Notes: generated by a model from the letters alone, not told the origin. A stretch of 63,690 nucleotides of DNA, filler included, from Octopus bimaculoides (GCF_001194135.2; 4 parts of 4 records of this genome joined end to end with filler, not necessarily neighbours in it), one strand, 5' to 3'. Counted from the first letter of the whole stretch, positions 50,805 to 63,289 are shown. A program made the numbers and translations.

Positions 50805-53027
50805 TCTCATCACCTCACATCACACGGTCATTACAAGTTTTTTAATAGAAAGTGGCATCTTTCCTAATGAGCAAAAAGGATGTAAATGTGGGTCCTATGG
50901 TTGAAAAGATCAGCTACTCATCAATGAGATGATCTTGGAAGATTGTCACAAACAACACAAGAACTTGTCAATAGCCTGGATAGACTATAAAAATGCTTTT
51001 GATAGTCTACCACATAGCTGGATTAAGAAATGTCTGGAAATTTATAAGATAGTACCTACTCTGCGAAACTTCCTGTCTGTAAGTACGAGATCATGGAGAA
51101 TCACACTGACTTTGAATGGTGACAATGAATCTCTTAATGCTGGAGATGTAAGAATTTCATGTGACATTTTCCAAGGTGACTCTCTATCACCACTCCTCTT
51201 TTGTCTAGCCTTAATACTTCTCTCGAAATTGCTTGATGATGTACAATATGGCTATAAAATGTTTGATAAAAGTATAAATCATCTCTTTTACATGGATGAT
51301 TTAAAGTTCTTTGCAAAAACTGACCAACAACTACAGGGCTTACTAGCAACTGTTAAATGATTGAGCGATGACATCAGGATGCAATTTGTTTTAAAGCATG
51401 TGATGACATCAGGATGCAATGAAGTTTTAAAGCATGAAAGCAAGAAAACATCATATTTAATAACAAAACAGGCAAAGAAATATCTAAATGAATTCCAAAT
51501 ACAACAAATCCCAGAATTAGACGTACTGGAAACAAACACAGAAACAGCTAAGTGTATGAAAGCCTGTACTGAATTCAATATCACTAACTGGTCAATTACT
51601 GAAATATGTAATCTTGACAGAAAAATATGAAAACTGTTGACAATGCATAGAATGCACCACCCTAAAGGAGATATAGAACGACTTTATCTGCCAAGAAAAG
51701 AGGGTGGCCGTGGACTTTTACAACTGGCATTAACAATGAAGATTGCCACAATTGGCCTAGACACCTACCTGAAAAACACTGAGGATTAGATGTTAAAACT
51801 TGTCTCAAAACATGAAAACAAGAAAGTATCATACTCAGTAACAAAACAGGCAAAGGAATATCTAAGTGAATTCCAAATACAGCAGATTCCAGAATAAGAC
51901 ATACGAGAAACAAACACAGAAAAAACTAAGTGCATGAAAACCAATGCTAAAACTGCTGCCGTAGATATTCTGACTGATAAATGGCAAGAAAAACCTCTCA
52001 ATGGCAAATACCCAAAGAGAGCAAATAATGCTGATGTTGACAAAGCCCTTACCCATCAATGGCTAATGGCCTCTGGCTTAAAATCTGAAATGGAAGGGTT
52101 TATCATAACAGCCCAAGATCAATGCCTACCTACAAGGAACTACCAGGCCAACATATTAAAGAATGGTAGCTTCCCAACATGTCGTGTATGTCAACAACAA
52201 AATGAAACCATTGATCATGTTGTCTCCAAGTGCAGTCTTCTTGCACCTACAGAGTATCTCAACAGGCATGATAGAGCTGCACAATATATTCACTGGGTAA
52301 TNNNNNNNNNNNNNNNNNNNNNNNNNNNNNNNNNNNNNNNNNNNNNNNNNNNNNNNNNNNNNNNNNNNNNNNNNNNNNNNNNNNNNNNNNNNNNNNNNNN
52401 NNNNNNNNNNNNNNNNNNNNNNNNNNNNNNNNNNNNNNNNNNNNNNNNNNNNNNNNNNNNNNNNNNNNNNNNNNNNNNNNNNNNNNNNNNNNNNNNNNNN
52501 NNNNNNNNNNNNNNNNNNNNNNNNNNNNNNNNNNNNNNNNNNNNNNNNNNNNNNNNNNNNNNNNNNNNNNNNNNNNNNNNNNNNNNNNNNNNNNNNNNNN
52601 NNNNNNNNNNNNNNNNNNNNNNNNNNNNNNNNNNNNNNNNNNNNNNNNNNNNNNNNNNNNNNNNNNNNNNNNNNNNNNNNNNNNNNNNNNNNNNNNNNNN
52701 NNNNNNNNNNNNNNNNNNNNNNNNNNNNNNNNNNNNNNNNNNNNNNNNNNNNNNNNNNNNNNNNNNNNNNNNNNNNNNNNNNNNNNNNNNNNNNNNNNNN
52801 NNNNNNNNNNNNNNNNNNNNNNNNNNNNNNNNNNNNNNNNNNNNNNNNNNNNNNNNNNNNNNNNNNNNNNNNNNNNNNNNNNNNNNNNNNNNNNNNNNNN
52901 NNNNNNNAAAACCAAATATATGACACCCTAGGCATAACACCAACATGGACTTCTAACTTGTTGTCTCTTGAGATCTCTGGGTGAGACTTGGAGCCAGCTT
53001 GTACAAATGCAAAGCATAAGTCAAACA

Positions 53028-53030
<3 letters not shown>
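50805..53030 (+). mobile_element. R4/Dong-clade non-LTR retrotransposon (RT, CCHC finger, gap over the endonuclease, 3' UTR), 5'-truncated and rearranged
   Basis: EQKGCKCGSYG*KDQLLIN, AWIDYKNAFDSLPHSWI, IFQGDSLSPLLFCL, HLFYMDDLKFFA, RLYLPRKEGGRGL, EGFIITAQDQCLPTRNY, CRVCQQQNETIDHVVSKC; ends in (AAT)n at about 53030. Confidence 0.92.
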
Positions 53031-53060
<30 letters not shown>

Positions 53061-53077
53061 TATTATTATTATTATCA

Positions 53078-53985
53078 TCAGGCAAGGCTCTGGGTGCTGG
53101 AAGCTGAATGTGTCTTTCCCAGCACTTTAAACATTCAGAAACTGGGTTAGTAAGGTAATCCATTAGAAGTTGGCGGTGCAATTGTCAACAAATGTTGGTG
53201 GATAGCCCTGAAAAGGGCAATTAGAGCAGAGGTAGTAGGATTTAGTAAAGAAATAGCCTTAGAGGAATCTAGGATAGAGGGAGAGCTAGTTAGGAAGTTA
53301 GATGAGGTACTTAGGAGTGGCATTGCTACTGACGTGATGGGCGGCAAGGCAAGATTGGCTCTTGACCAATTCTTCAATGCCAAGCAAAAGTTTGTGTTGT
53401 CAGAGCTAATGTGCATGCTCTTAGTTATAAGGGGATGAAAGCCAGCTGATGGGCCCGGGCAGCAGAAGTGCAATATGGCAACAAAGCCACAATTTTGTCT
53501 TTGATGGGCTGGGATGGGTGTATGCTATATTAACCCAAGCAGATGTGTACAGTGTTTCGGTAGCACTTCATTCATTAGTGTTAGTGGGTGACTGGAATGA
53601 GATCTTAGACACAAGCAAAGATTATGTAGGAGCAGCGGGTTGGAGGGTGGAGTGCAAAAGCCTTGCTAACTTCCTCATGCATTTCCAACTGTATGATAGG
53701 CTTCGTCTTGATCACCCAAATATACCAGTGTTGACTTGCATTGGGTCATCCAAATCATACTTAGATAAGCAGACAAGCATAGTATAAGTTGCCCACATTT
53801 TCAGATCGTTGGCTATTCAGATCACAAATTTGGGACCTTTACAGTCAACAATCAGACTAGGACCTGGTTACTGGAAGATGAACGCGTCCTACTCAGCATG
53901 GAAAAACTGGATTAGTAGACTACTTAAACAGGAATTCACGGGAGCCATCATCAACAACAGATGGTGTGTCTCCTTAAAAAAGAAA
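53078..53985 (+). mobile_element. Two L1/Tx1-clade ORF2 fragments (APE endonuclease and EN-RT linker)
   Basis: GSGCWKLNVS...AIVNKCWWIALKRAIRAE (53078-53490); LVLVGDWNEILD...SKSYLD...SDHKF...GPGYWKMNAS...AIINNRW (53530-53985). Confidence 0.8.
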
Positions 53986-54389
53986 ATCAGTGAGGTGCCA
54001 TGCAGTGGGACTGAACCTGAAGCCACATGGTTGTAAAGCAAATTTCTTAACTGCACAACCAAATTCATAATTTATACCCAAATGTTTTTTTAGTATAATC
54101 TTTGGAATAAAATGTCTCTAACCCTCATTTTTAATTCCTCTTTGTTTAAAACCACATATTTTCATCAACCTTTTGTCAAAATCTTTGATGTTTTTATGCA
54201 TCAATGGCAATTTATGTTGTTGCCCTCAGTATGGCAAGACAGAAAAGTGTTTTACTTGACTAAACAGTCACCTACAAATTTCTGGATTTGTGCTTCTGAA
54301 AAATTGGGTCAATGGCTAAGCCCATCCTACTATAATCGCTGGCCTTGTGCCTAAATTAGAAACAACAACTATAATAATAGTAATAATAA

Positions 54390-54605
54390 TAATCCTTTCT
54401 ACTGGAGGCACAAGGCCTCAAATTTGTGAGGAGGGGAATAGTCGAATACACCAATCCCAGTTTTCAACTGGTACTTATTTTATTGACTCCAGAAGGATGA
54501 AAGGCAAAGTCAACCACAGCAGAATTGGAACTCAGAACAGAGCAATGGGTAAAATACCACTAAGTATTTCGTCCAGCATGCTAACGATTCTGCCAGCTCA
54601 CCACC
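54390..54605 (-). mobile_element. SINE family B full-length copy
   Basis: Reverse complement of head and core, from AATCCTTTCTACT to GATTCTGCCAGCTCACC. Confidence 0.85.
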
Positions 54606-54927
54606 CTAATAATAATAATGATGATGATGATGATGATGATTTCTTTTATTGACCACAAGTGCCCAAGACATGGAGGACAATATTGAAGGATGAGTTACAG
54701 CACAAGAAACAAATTACAGAAACAAAAACATGTGAGGTTAACATCAATCAAGGGGAGATACTACCACACTAAAGGATATAACAGAGGATATATAATGGAA
54801 AGTAGAGAAATAAATAATAAATAAACAGAATCCCCAATAGCAGAGCAGTCCACTTAGGGTAATCCAGAGTAAACCCCACACAAAAATTCGGTGAGAGGCA
54901 TATGAAACTTTGAAATATTTTTGACAG

Positions 54928-55000
<73 letters not shown>

Positions 55001-55095
55001 GCATCCGTCCGTCCGTCTGTCTGTCTGTCCATCCGTCTATCTATCTATCTATCTAGCTATCATCATGGACGGACGGTAGACACATCGGCTCCCAT

Positions 55096-55195
55096 NNNNN
55101 NNNNNNNNNNNNNNNNNNNNNNNNNNNNNNNNNNNNNNNTTAATTAATTAANNNNNNNNNNNNNNNNNNNNNNNNNNNNNNNNNNNNNNNNNNNN
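55096..55195. other. Artificial 100-bp scaffold join N44-TTAATTAATTAA-N44
   Basis: 12-mer at 55140-55151 with 44 N on each side. Confidence 0.92.
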
Positions 55196-55545
55196 TATGT
55201 ATGTATGTATGTATGTGTGTGTATGTATGTATGTATGTATGCATGTATGTATGTATGTATGCATGTATGTATGTATGCATGTATGTATGTATGTATGCAT
55301 GTATGTATGCATGCATGTATGTATGTATGCATGCATGTATGTATATATGCATTCATGTATGTATGTATGTATGTATGTATGTGTGTGTATGTATGTATGT
55401 ATGTATGTATGTGTATGTATGTATGTATGTGTGTGTATGCATGCATGCATGCATGTATGTATGTATGCATGTATGTGTGTGTACGTATGTCTGAATGTAT
55501 GTATGTATGCATGTATGTATGTATGTATGTACGTATGTATGTGTG
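55196..55545. repeat. (TATG)n/(CATG) tetranucleotide microsatellite
   Basis: Directly visible. Confidence 0.95.
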
Positions 55546-56664
55546 TACGACCTCCTCACAATTTACAACTGTGAAATTAATAACTGCAAGGAGAACGTCT
55601 TAAGCTCTGAGGCAAATCTCTGTTCACGACATCAGTTCTCGTAGAATTGCAACAAAAATACATTAAGTTTTTAAAAAAAAACTGCTGCAATAACATAACA
55701 GTTAAACTGCATGAAGATAATTAGCTCGAAAGAGAGAAAGTAAAAATGTAAGCATTTGTTCAATATATAATTCACTCTTTTGATTTGTTATGTTCTTTTT
55801 TTAAGAAAGACTGATGCGTTTTTCATGTCAACCAAAAGAAAATTCGCACCATGATTGTAAGGGATATTATAAAACGTTAGTTCTTAAAAGATAGTGGGCG
55901 TATTTTCAGAAAATTAACTTATAATTTCAAGCAGATGCACTCTTTTTTTTATTATTTTGTTTTGTTTTCAGAAACGTGTTTTTGAGGACATCAATGAAAA
56001 CATACAATCACTAATATTTTGTTGTTTTTAGCAAATGCATTATACGAGGAAATGCAATTTCGTATTCTATTCCAAATGATGGACAGGAAACTTGAAGCAT
56101 TTTAGTAAGATACGGTAGATTATGCAATATGTTATATTACATTTTTCTCAAAGTAATGAAATATTAAAAGGACATGCTCTTAAAATAGATGGAATGGATT
56201 AAAAGAGTATCTTATAAATTCAAAGTGCTCTCTTTGCTTTTCTGAACGAAAGATATTAATAATTGTTTGTATGTATACTTCATAGTCATTCACTACGTTC
56301 CAGCTATAAAAATAATAAAATAAGGAAAAAAAGAAATCCTTTTTATGCATATTTTCTTTAAATAATAATTAATATTTGTTGCTGTAGTGGAATATGTCAC
56401 AGAATTGACTTGGAATAAATGAATAATGACATGCCACTTCTAAGTAAATGTATTTTGTCAACAATATATTCCGCACTTAGCGTATCAGCTTATCACTAAT
56501 TTAAGTTAATGCATGCAAAAACAACATAAAATACACAGAAGAATATAGTTTTTTCACCATTTTGTTTAAATCCACAAATGTCTAGAATCAGCATCAAATA
56601 TCACGAATAAAGGCCGACTCTGTTTTAAAGCGTATACGCAAAGCAACGATGTTAACAGCAGGTT

Positions 56665-56667
56665 GTT

Positions 56668-56718
<51 letters not shown>

Positions 56719-56835
56719 CTTCTTCTTCTTCTTCTTCTTCTTCTTCTTCTTCTTCTTCTTCTTCTTCTTCTTCTTCTTCTTCTTCTTCTTCTTCTTCTTC
56801 TTCTTCTTCTTCTTCTTCTTGCTGCTGCTATTGTT
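56665..56835. repeat. (GTT)n-(CTT)n microsatellite
   Basis: Directly visible. Confidence 0.97.
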
Positions 56836-57699
56836 GTTTTGTGGTTGTTGATTTATATTTTTTGTGCTTGTTCTAGATGTTATTTCGTTGTTGCTTCACC
56901 CCCAGCTCAGATCAGCTCCATCTATGAAACAATGTATGCTGTCTTTCTTAAAATTCTAACGTAGTTTATTTTAGACTACATAACCCAATTTATTCTATCG
57001 TTTTCTAAAAAAGATAGGGCTTGATTTCGGGCAAAGCAGACCTGCCATAGATCATACGTGGAGTCACCAGGTAATGGCTCTCATAGTGACTCGACAGCAA
57101 AGTGTTCAACACCAAATGCATCTAAAAGAGTACAGCGCTTTTATTTAAAGGGGAAAAAAACGGAACGGCATACTAGATGAAGTAGTACGACAAAATAAAA
57201 GGATCATTGGTGCAATAGATGAGCTAGAATTAGCAGTTGTTCATTATGTGACACTCTGGTGCTGATGAAGATTTTGTGTTTGAATAAACTAGATTCTTTT
57301 TATCTTTTGTCTGTATTAAGAAGATATGTCCACCATACAGAAATAAGACATTTTGATTGTCGGTCAGTTCTTACCAGATTCTTGGAACAACCAATTCGTT
57401 CTATTTCTTGTTGCTAAGCATTTTTTCTTCTAGTGTAGATTTGCAACTATCTTAGATTACAGGTGAGGATCATGGCTTGTTCTGATCTCTTGTTGGGATG
57501 TAGAATTATTTTTCATATGTAACTTAATATTTCGTATTTTGTGAAATAACACATTTGATTTGATTTCCAAATAAAAATCATAATAAAAGCATCTAGCTGA
57601 TATCTTGCAGTGTCCAGAATCCATTGCAATCCTGCTTGTAACAACGAAGCACAAATATTAGTGAAAAATGGTAAGCCACCTCGATATTACTGTCCCGAA

Positions 57700-57935
57700 T
57701 CCTAATACTCACAGGGACAGTTATTCGGTTTCCATGTGATCCAGATCACAGTATTCTCCTTGAACGGAATCTCAGTCCATTGCAGGGTTATTTATTTAGC
57801 GCTGAGTGGACTGGCGCAAAGTGAAATAGCGTTTTGCTCAAGCACAAATCGAAGCACACTGTCCAGGAATGGAAACCATGATATTGCGAACAAGAATGTA
57901 ACACCCAAATCACTTGGCCACACATATTTTACTTA
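57700..57935 (-). mobile_element. SINE family C copy
   Basis: Minus strand GTGGCCAAGTGATTTGG...GTGCTTGAGCAAAACGCTATTTCACTTTGCGCCAGTCCACTCAGC. Confidence 0.7.
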
Positions 57936-58454
57936 GTGCAATGAAGACAAGAGAGATATATGCGATACTAGCAGAATATTGAAATTGTTTTTCATTTTCC
58001 CTTCTAGGTTTTTTATTGTAGGGCTCTTACAGTTTTCAAAATACAACTAAAACGAATGCTTGCATATCGCTATCCTCATAATTTATTTAAAATAGAATAT
58101 ATAAAAAATATACCATCAGCCAATAGCCCATTTATAAGTAGAGTATATCTTCTAGCGATTGCCCGAATCAATTGTTTAACGTTCTGTTAATAGTATTTGC
58201 TATAGAAGTCATTGTCTGTGTGAATCGGCATCAGTAAGATGTTTTGAAATATTCTATAAAGAAGTCTGATACTGAAGTAATTCAACACACGACAGTAAAT
58301 GACTGTTGATATTAAATAATTAAATATTTATACTATTACAAATTGAAATTTCCTATCGTTTTCACCGTGTTGGAAATATATCAAAGGCCTTTCTAAAATT
58401 CAAGTGAAACTAAGTTCCGATGCCTAGTGATATTTGCTGGTGTTATTAACCAAA

Positions 58455-58955
58455 GAATGCTCAGTGCACGATTTTGGCCAAGGTGTTAGCCAAGCGGTTG
58501 GCGCTTGTCATCAAGAAACTGGTTGGCATGGCGCAAACGTGCGCCGTGCCGGGCAGGAGCATCCATGACAACCTCCATCTGATGCGCTACATCATAGAGC
58601 GGGTAGTTAAGGAACCTGGCATGGGTGGGGCCCTGATAAATTTAGATCAATCGAAAGCTTTCGATAGGGTAGACCATCAATACTTAGAGGCTGTCCTCAT
58701 GGCGGCCGGCTTCGGCCCCATTTTCCGCGGCTGCATGGCTACTTTGTACAGAGGTATCAGTTCGGTAGTTCGCGTCAATGGGCATCTATCAAGACCCTTC
58801 TACATTGCACGTTCGGTCCGTCAAGTCCGCTTCTGTACGTGTTGACTCTCGAGCCACTACTGCGGAAGCTGGCGACGCTGAGGGGCATCACGCGAGAGTT
58901 GGGATGTGGGACGAGCGTGTCGGCATACGCGGACGACGTCACCGTCATAGTGTCT
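58455..58955 (+). mobile_element. L1/Tx1-clade reverse transcriptase fragment (GC- and CpG-rich, young), cut by the scaffold join
   Basis: ILAKVLAKRLA...QTCAVPGRSIHDNL...LDQSKAFDRVDHQYL...VNGHLS...SVRQ / LLYVLTLEPLLRKL...VSAYADDVTVIV. Confidence 0.92.
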
Positions 58956-59055
58956 NNNNNNNNNNNNNNNNNNNNNNNNNNNNNNNNNNNNNNNNNNNNT
59001 TAATTAATTAANNNNNNNNNNNNNNNNNNNNNNNNNNNNNNNNNNNNNNNNNNNN
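58956..59055. other. Artificial 100-bp scaffold join N44-TTAATTAATTAA-N44
   Basis: 12-mer at 59000-59011 with 44 N on each side. Confidence 0.92.
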
Positions 59056-61200
59056 CGTACGTACGTTCGTTCGTACGTTCGTACGTACGTTCGTTCGTTC
59101 ATTCGTTCCTTCGCACGTTTGTTCGTTCATTAGTTCTTACGTACGAACATTCGTTCGTTCGTTCTTTCGTTTGATCGTTCGTTGGATTGTTCGTTCGTAC
59201 GTACGTTAGTTCGTTCGTTAGTTCGTTTATTCCTACGTACGTACTTACGTACGTACGTTCGTTCGTTCAATCGTTCGTTCATTCGTTCGTTCGTTCGTTC
59301 GTTCATTTGTTCGTTTTTCGTTCGTTCGTCGGGTTCTTTGGCTCGTTCGAATGTTCGTTCGTTCGCACGTTCGTACGTACGTTCGTTCGTTCTTTCGTTC
59401 GTATGTACTTACGTATGGACGTTCGTTCGTTCGTACGTTCCTACGTACGTAGTTATNNNNNNNNNNGTATGTACTTACGTATGGACGTTCGTTCGTTCGT
59501 ACGTTCCTACGTACGTAGTTATGTACGTTAGTTCGTTCGTTCGTTCGTTCGTTCATTCGCACGTACGTACGTACGTTCGTTCGTTCTTTCGTTCGTACGT
59601 ACGTACGTTCGTACTTTCGTTCTTTCGTTCATTCGTTCGTAGGTAATAATTCATTATTCACGTTCGTTATTTGGTTCTTTGGTTCGTTCGTTCGTACGTT
59701 CGTTCGTTCATTCTTCCGTTCGATCGTTCGTTAGATCGTTCGTTCGAACGTACGTTCGTTCGTACGTACGTTCGTTCGTTCATTCGTTCGTTCGTTCATT
59801 CGTTTATTCGTACTACGTACGTACGTTCGTTCGTAGTACGTACGTTCGTTCGTACTTACGCACGTTCGTTCGTACGTACGTACGTTCGTTCGTTCATTCG
59901 TTCGTTCGCTCGTTCGTTCGTTCTTTCTTTCTTTCTATCGTTCGATCGTACATTGTATCGTTCGTTCGTACGCACNNNNNNNNNNNNNNNNNNNNNNNNN
60001 NNNNNNNNNNNNNNNNNNNNNNNNNNNNNNNNNNNNNNNNNNNNNNNNNNNNNNNNNNNNNNNNNNNNNNNNNNNNNNNNNNNNNNNNNNNNNNNNNNNN
60101 NNNNNNNNNNNNNNNNNNNNNNNNNNNNNNNNNNNNNNNNNNNNNNNNNNNNNNNNNNNNNNNNNNNNNNNNNNNNNNNNNNNNNNNNNNNNNNNNNNNN
60201 NNNNNNNNNNNNNNNNNNNNNNNNNNNNNNNNNNNNNNNNNNNNNNNNNNNNNNNNNNNNNNNNNNNNNNNNNNNNNNNNNNNNNNNNNNNNNNNNNNNN
60301 NNNNNNNNNNNNNNNNNNNNNNNNNNNNNNNNNNNNNNNNNNNNNNNNNNNNNNNNNNNNNNNNNNNNNNNNNNNNNNNNNNNNNNNNNNNNNNNNNNNN
60401 NNNNNNNNNNNNNNNNNNNNNNNNNNNNNNNNNNNNNNNNNNNNNNNNNNNNNNNNNNNNNNNNNNNNNNNNNNNNNNNNNNNNNNNNNNNNNNNNNNNN
60501 NNNNNNNNNNNNNNNNNNNNNNNNNNNNNNNNNNNNNNNNNNNNNNNNNNNNNNNNNNNNNNNNNNNNNNNNNNNNNNNNNNNNNNNNNNNNNTCGTTCG
60601 TTCGTTCTTTTGTTCGTCTTTCGTTCGTTCGTTCGCTCTTTGGTTCGTTCGATTGTTCGTTCGTTCGCACGTACGTACGAACGTTCATTCGTTCGTTCTT
60701 TCGTTTTTATTTCGTTCTTTGGTTCGTTCGTTCGTTCGTTCGTACGTTCGATCGTTCATTCTTTCGTTCCATCGTTCGTTGAATCGTTCGTTCGTACGTA
60801 CGTTTGTTCGTTCGTTTGTTTATTCGTACGTACGTTCGTACTTTAATTCGTTTGTTCGTTCGTTTATTCTTTCTTTCGTTTCGTTTGTTCTTTCGTTCGT
60901 TCGTTCTTTCGTTCGTTATTTTGTTCGTTTGTTTATTCGTACGTTCGTTCGTTCGCTCGTTTGTTCGTTCGTTCTTACGTACGAACGTTCATTCTTTCGT
61001 TCGATCGTTCGTTCAATCGTTCATTCGTACGTACGTTTGTTCGTTCGTTCGTTTATTAGTACGTACGTACGTTCGTTCGTTCATTCGTTCGTTCATTCGT
61101 TCATTCGTTCGTTCGTTTGTACGTAAGTTTGTTCGTTCGTTTATTTGTTAGTTTTTCGTTCGATCGTTCGTTCGTTCTTCGGCTCGTTCGATTGTTCGTT
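59056..61200. repeat. CpG-dense degenerate (TTCG)n/(TACG)n simple satellite with internal gaps
   Basis: Continuous CGTT/CGTA tetramers with TCAT, TCTT, TTGT and CGAT variants; source of the poly-FVRS/RTNE ORFs. Confidence 0.95.
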
Positions 61201-62094
61201 NNNNNNNNNNNNNNNNNNNNNNNNNNNNNNNNNNNNNNNNNNNNNNNNNNNNNNNNNNNNNNNNNNNNNNNNNNNNNNNNNNNNNNNNNNNNNNNNNNNN
61301 TATATATATATAATAAATATATATATATAATAAATATATATATATACACGCACACAAACATATATAGTTCAGCAGATGGTCATGTTGAAGTGGTTGCTAG
61401 TATGCAAATGAAGTGTTTACTTAAGTCCAAAGTTGATTTTCTTATCAGAACAGTGTAGAAGCGTTTTTGTGAGAGGTGAATGGGAAGAAGAGAAGAGGTG
61501 ACGGGAGGATAACGAAACAGTCGTGCAGGTGTTGCATACTCACATACACACACGTCTGTTGTTTGAGCTTCGCATTTTATTGGATAAAATGTGGACATAA
61601 TGTGGTTGTGGTTGTTATGTAGCCTGTATGATTAAAGGTATTGTTGTCATGGCAATCCCACTTATTTATGAGTTTGTTGTGTAATTTGTTCCTTTATTTC
61701 TTAAGATGAAATGATGTCATTTGATCAAGGTGTCGCTGCTTTTTCTAGTCCACCTGGAGAGTCTCTTGTCAATGTTGTTGTTTCACCCCTGGTCAACTTT
61801 GACTTAGCCACCCCTAAGATCAAAGTTATTTTCTCTGTGACTTCAGTCGCTTGCTGTGTAGCAAAAACCTAGGACCACATTATCTAATGTGTCCTTTGTA
61901 AAACAGGGGTTGTGTATATAATTATAAGGGGATTTGGATACTATATCATGCAAACTGAAAGGCTCCATCATTGGTTCATTATAGTAGAGGGTGGGGTAGA
62001 GATGGGGGGGATAGTTGGAACAAGGTCAGCAATTTTGAAGAGAAAAGCTTAGACAAATACTTAACTCACATCAGTATACGATTAGTATTTCATT

Positions 62095-62255
62095 TCATTG
62101 TGTTCAAATCCAGCTGAAGTCAACTTTCTTTTTCATCCTCCCTGGTTCAATAAAATATATAGTATCAATAAAGTACTGGAGTCGATGATATCAACTAATC
62201 CACTTCCTCTCAAAATTGCTGGCTTTGCACTTGAATCAGAAACTTATTATTATTA
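62095..62255 (+). mobile_element. SINE family B remnant
   Basis: GTTCAAATCCAGCTGAAGTCAACTTTCTTTTTCATCCT...AAGTACTGGAGTCGATG...AAAATTGCTGGCTTTG followed by (ATT)n. Confidence 0.7.
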
Positions 62256-62899
62256 TTATTATTAGAAAGTGTAAGAATTGAGAAAACAAAACAATTGGTG
62301 GTTAACCATTTTCTGTGGAACAACCCTTAGCAATGACCATGAAGGACATTTAGAATAAACATGACAGCAGAAGTGATTGCAGAGTAATGGTGGTGCAGCT
62401 GCTGATGGTGTTGGTGGTCACTTGAGGACAGCATCCCACTTCCTATACCGACCTTCCTTTTCAAGAGGAACTTGTGAAAAAAATCAATTGGAGCAGGTAT
62501 CTGTCCTCAAACTTTGAGCCTTGACCAGCACACAACCTCATTCCACATCTGCCAGAGGTCAGTTTAACTGATACATTTGTCCAGCATGCCATAATTCTGT
62601 CTGTCTCTCCAGGTGCTAAGCTGTAAGCCCACTAACATATCTGGATTGATTTTATCCTTTGCCAAACAGATGTTTCCATCTGAGCAGATATTTGTGGCAT
62701 CTTTACACCCCCCCCCATCTCTTATGCACTGTACCCAAAAAGGGCATGTTTACAGTAAACCAGTTCATTCAGACCATGTTCGTCCAAACATGGACTCAAG
62801 TTCAGAAAATTAGGAGAGTGACAGGAAATAATAGATGAAATTAACTAATACTTGAATGGTACTTTGTTTTATCAACCTTGAAAGAAACCCCGTAGTATA

Positions 62900-63250
62900 A
62901 CGGACAAAAACTCTCTGACCTTAACCTCTGGGAACAATTTCAAGAGGAACTTGATTTTACTATACAACTGAGAAACCTTCACTACTACAACTATAAGCCA
63001 GAAGCTAGAGTATGGAGACTCTCCAACCATATGCCCATCCTAACCAAGCTCTCAGTTCAAAAGAGATCTCTCAAATCTCCTTGTTCCTTACCTGATGTCA
63101 CTTCTCCTTTCACCTCTGGTCAGGCTTTTTTGAGTGAACCCTTCACTTGCCTGACCCACTATGCCACAAACTCAGAATATAAAAAGTCAAAACAAATACT
63201 AGTATTTGTTTTCTGGCTCTTTGCATTGATACTACTGACCCACCAGTGTT
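62900..63250 (+). mobile_element. Possible degraded LINE C-terminal (thumb) fragment
   Basis: Open frame TIQLRNLHYYNYKPEARVWRLSNHMPILTKLSVQKRSLK weakly resembles the YKA.VR...VQKRAL.. region of CR1/Jockey RTs. Confidence 0.25.
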
Positions 63251-63289
63251 TTTTGATTTCTAATTTGGTTTCTGATATAGATCCATCAA

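Noticed and set aside
55972-56114. Exon after a strong TTTTGTTTTCAG acceptor
   Set aside because: Frames close quickly and no convincing donor or recognisable peptide is present.
59056-61200. CRISPR-like or coding repeat
   Set aside because: No constant repeat with unique spacers; it is a degenerate tetranucleotide satellite in eukaryotic DNA.
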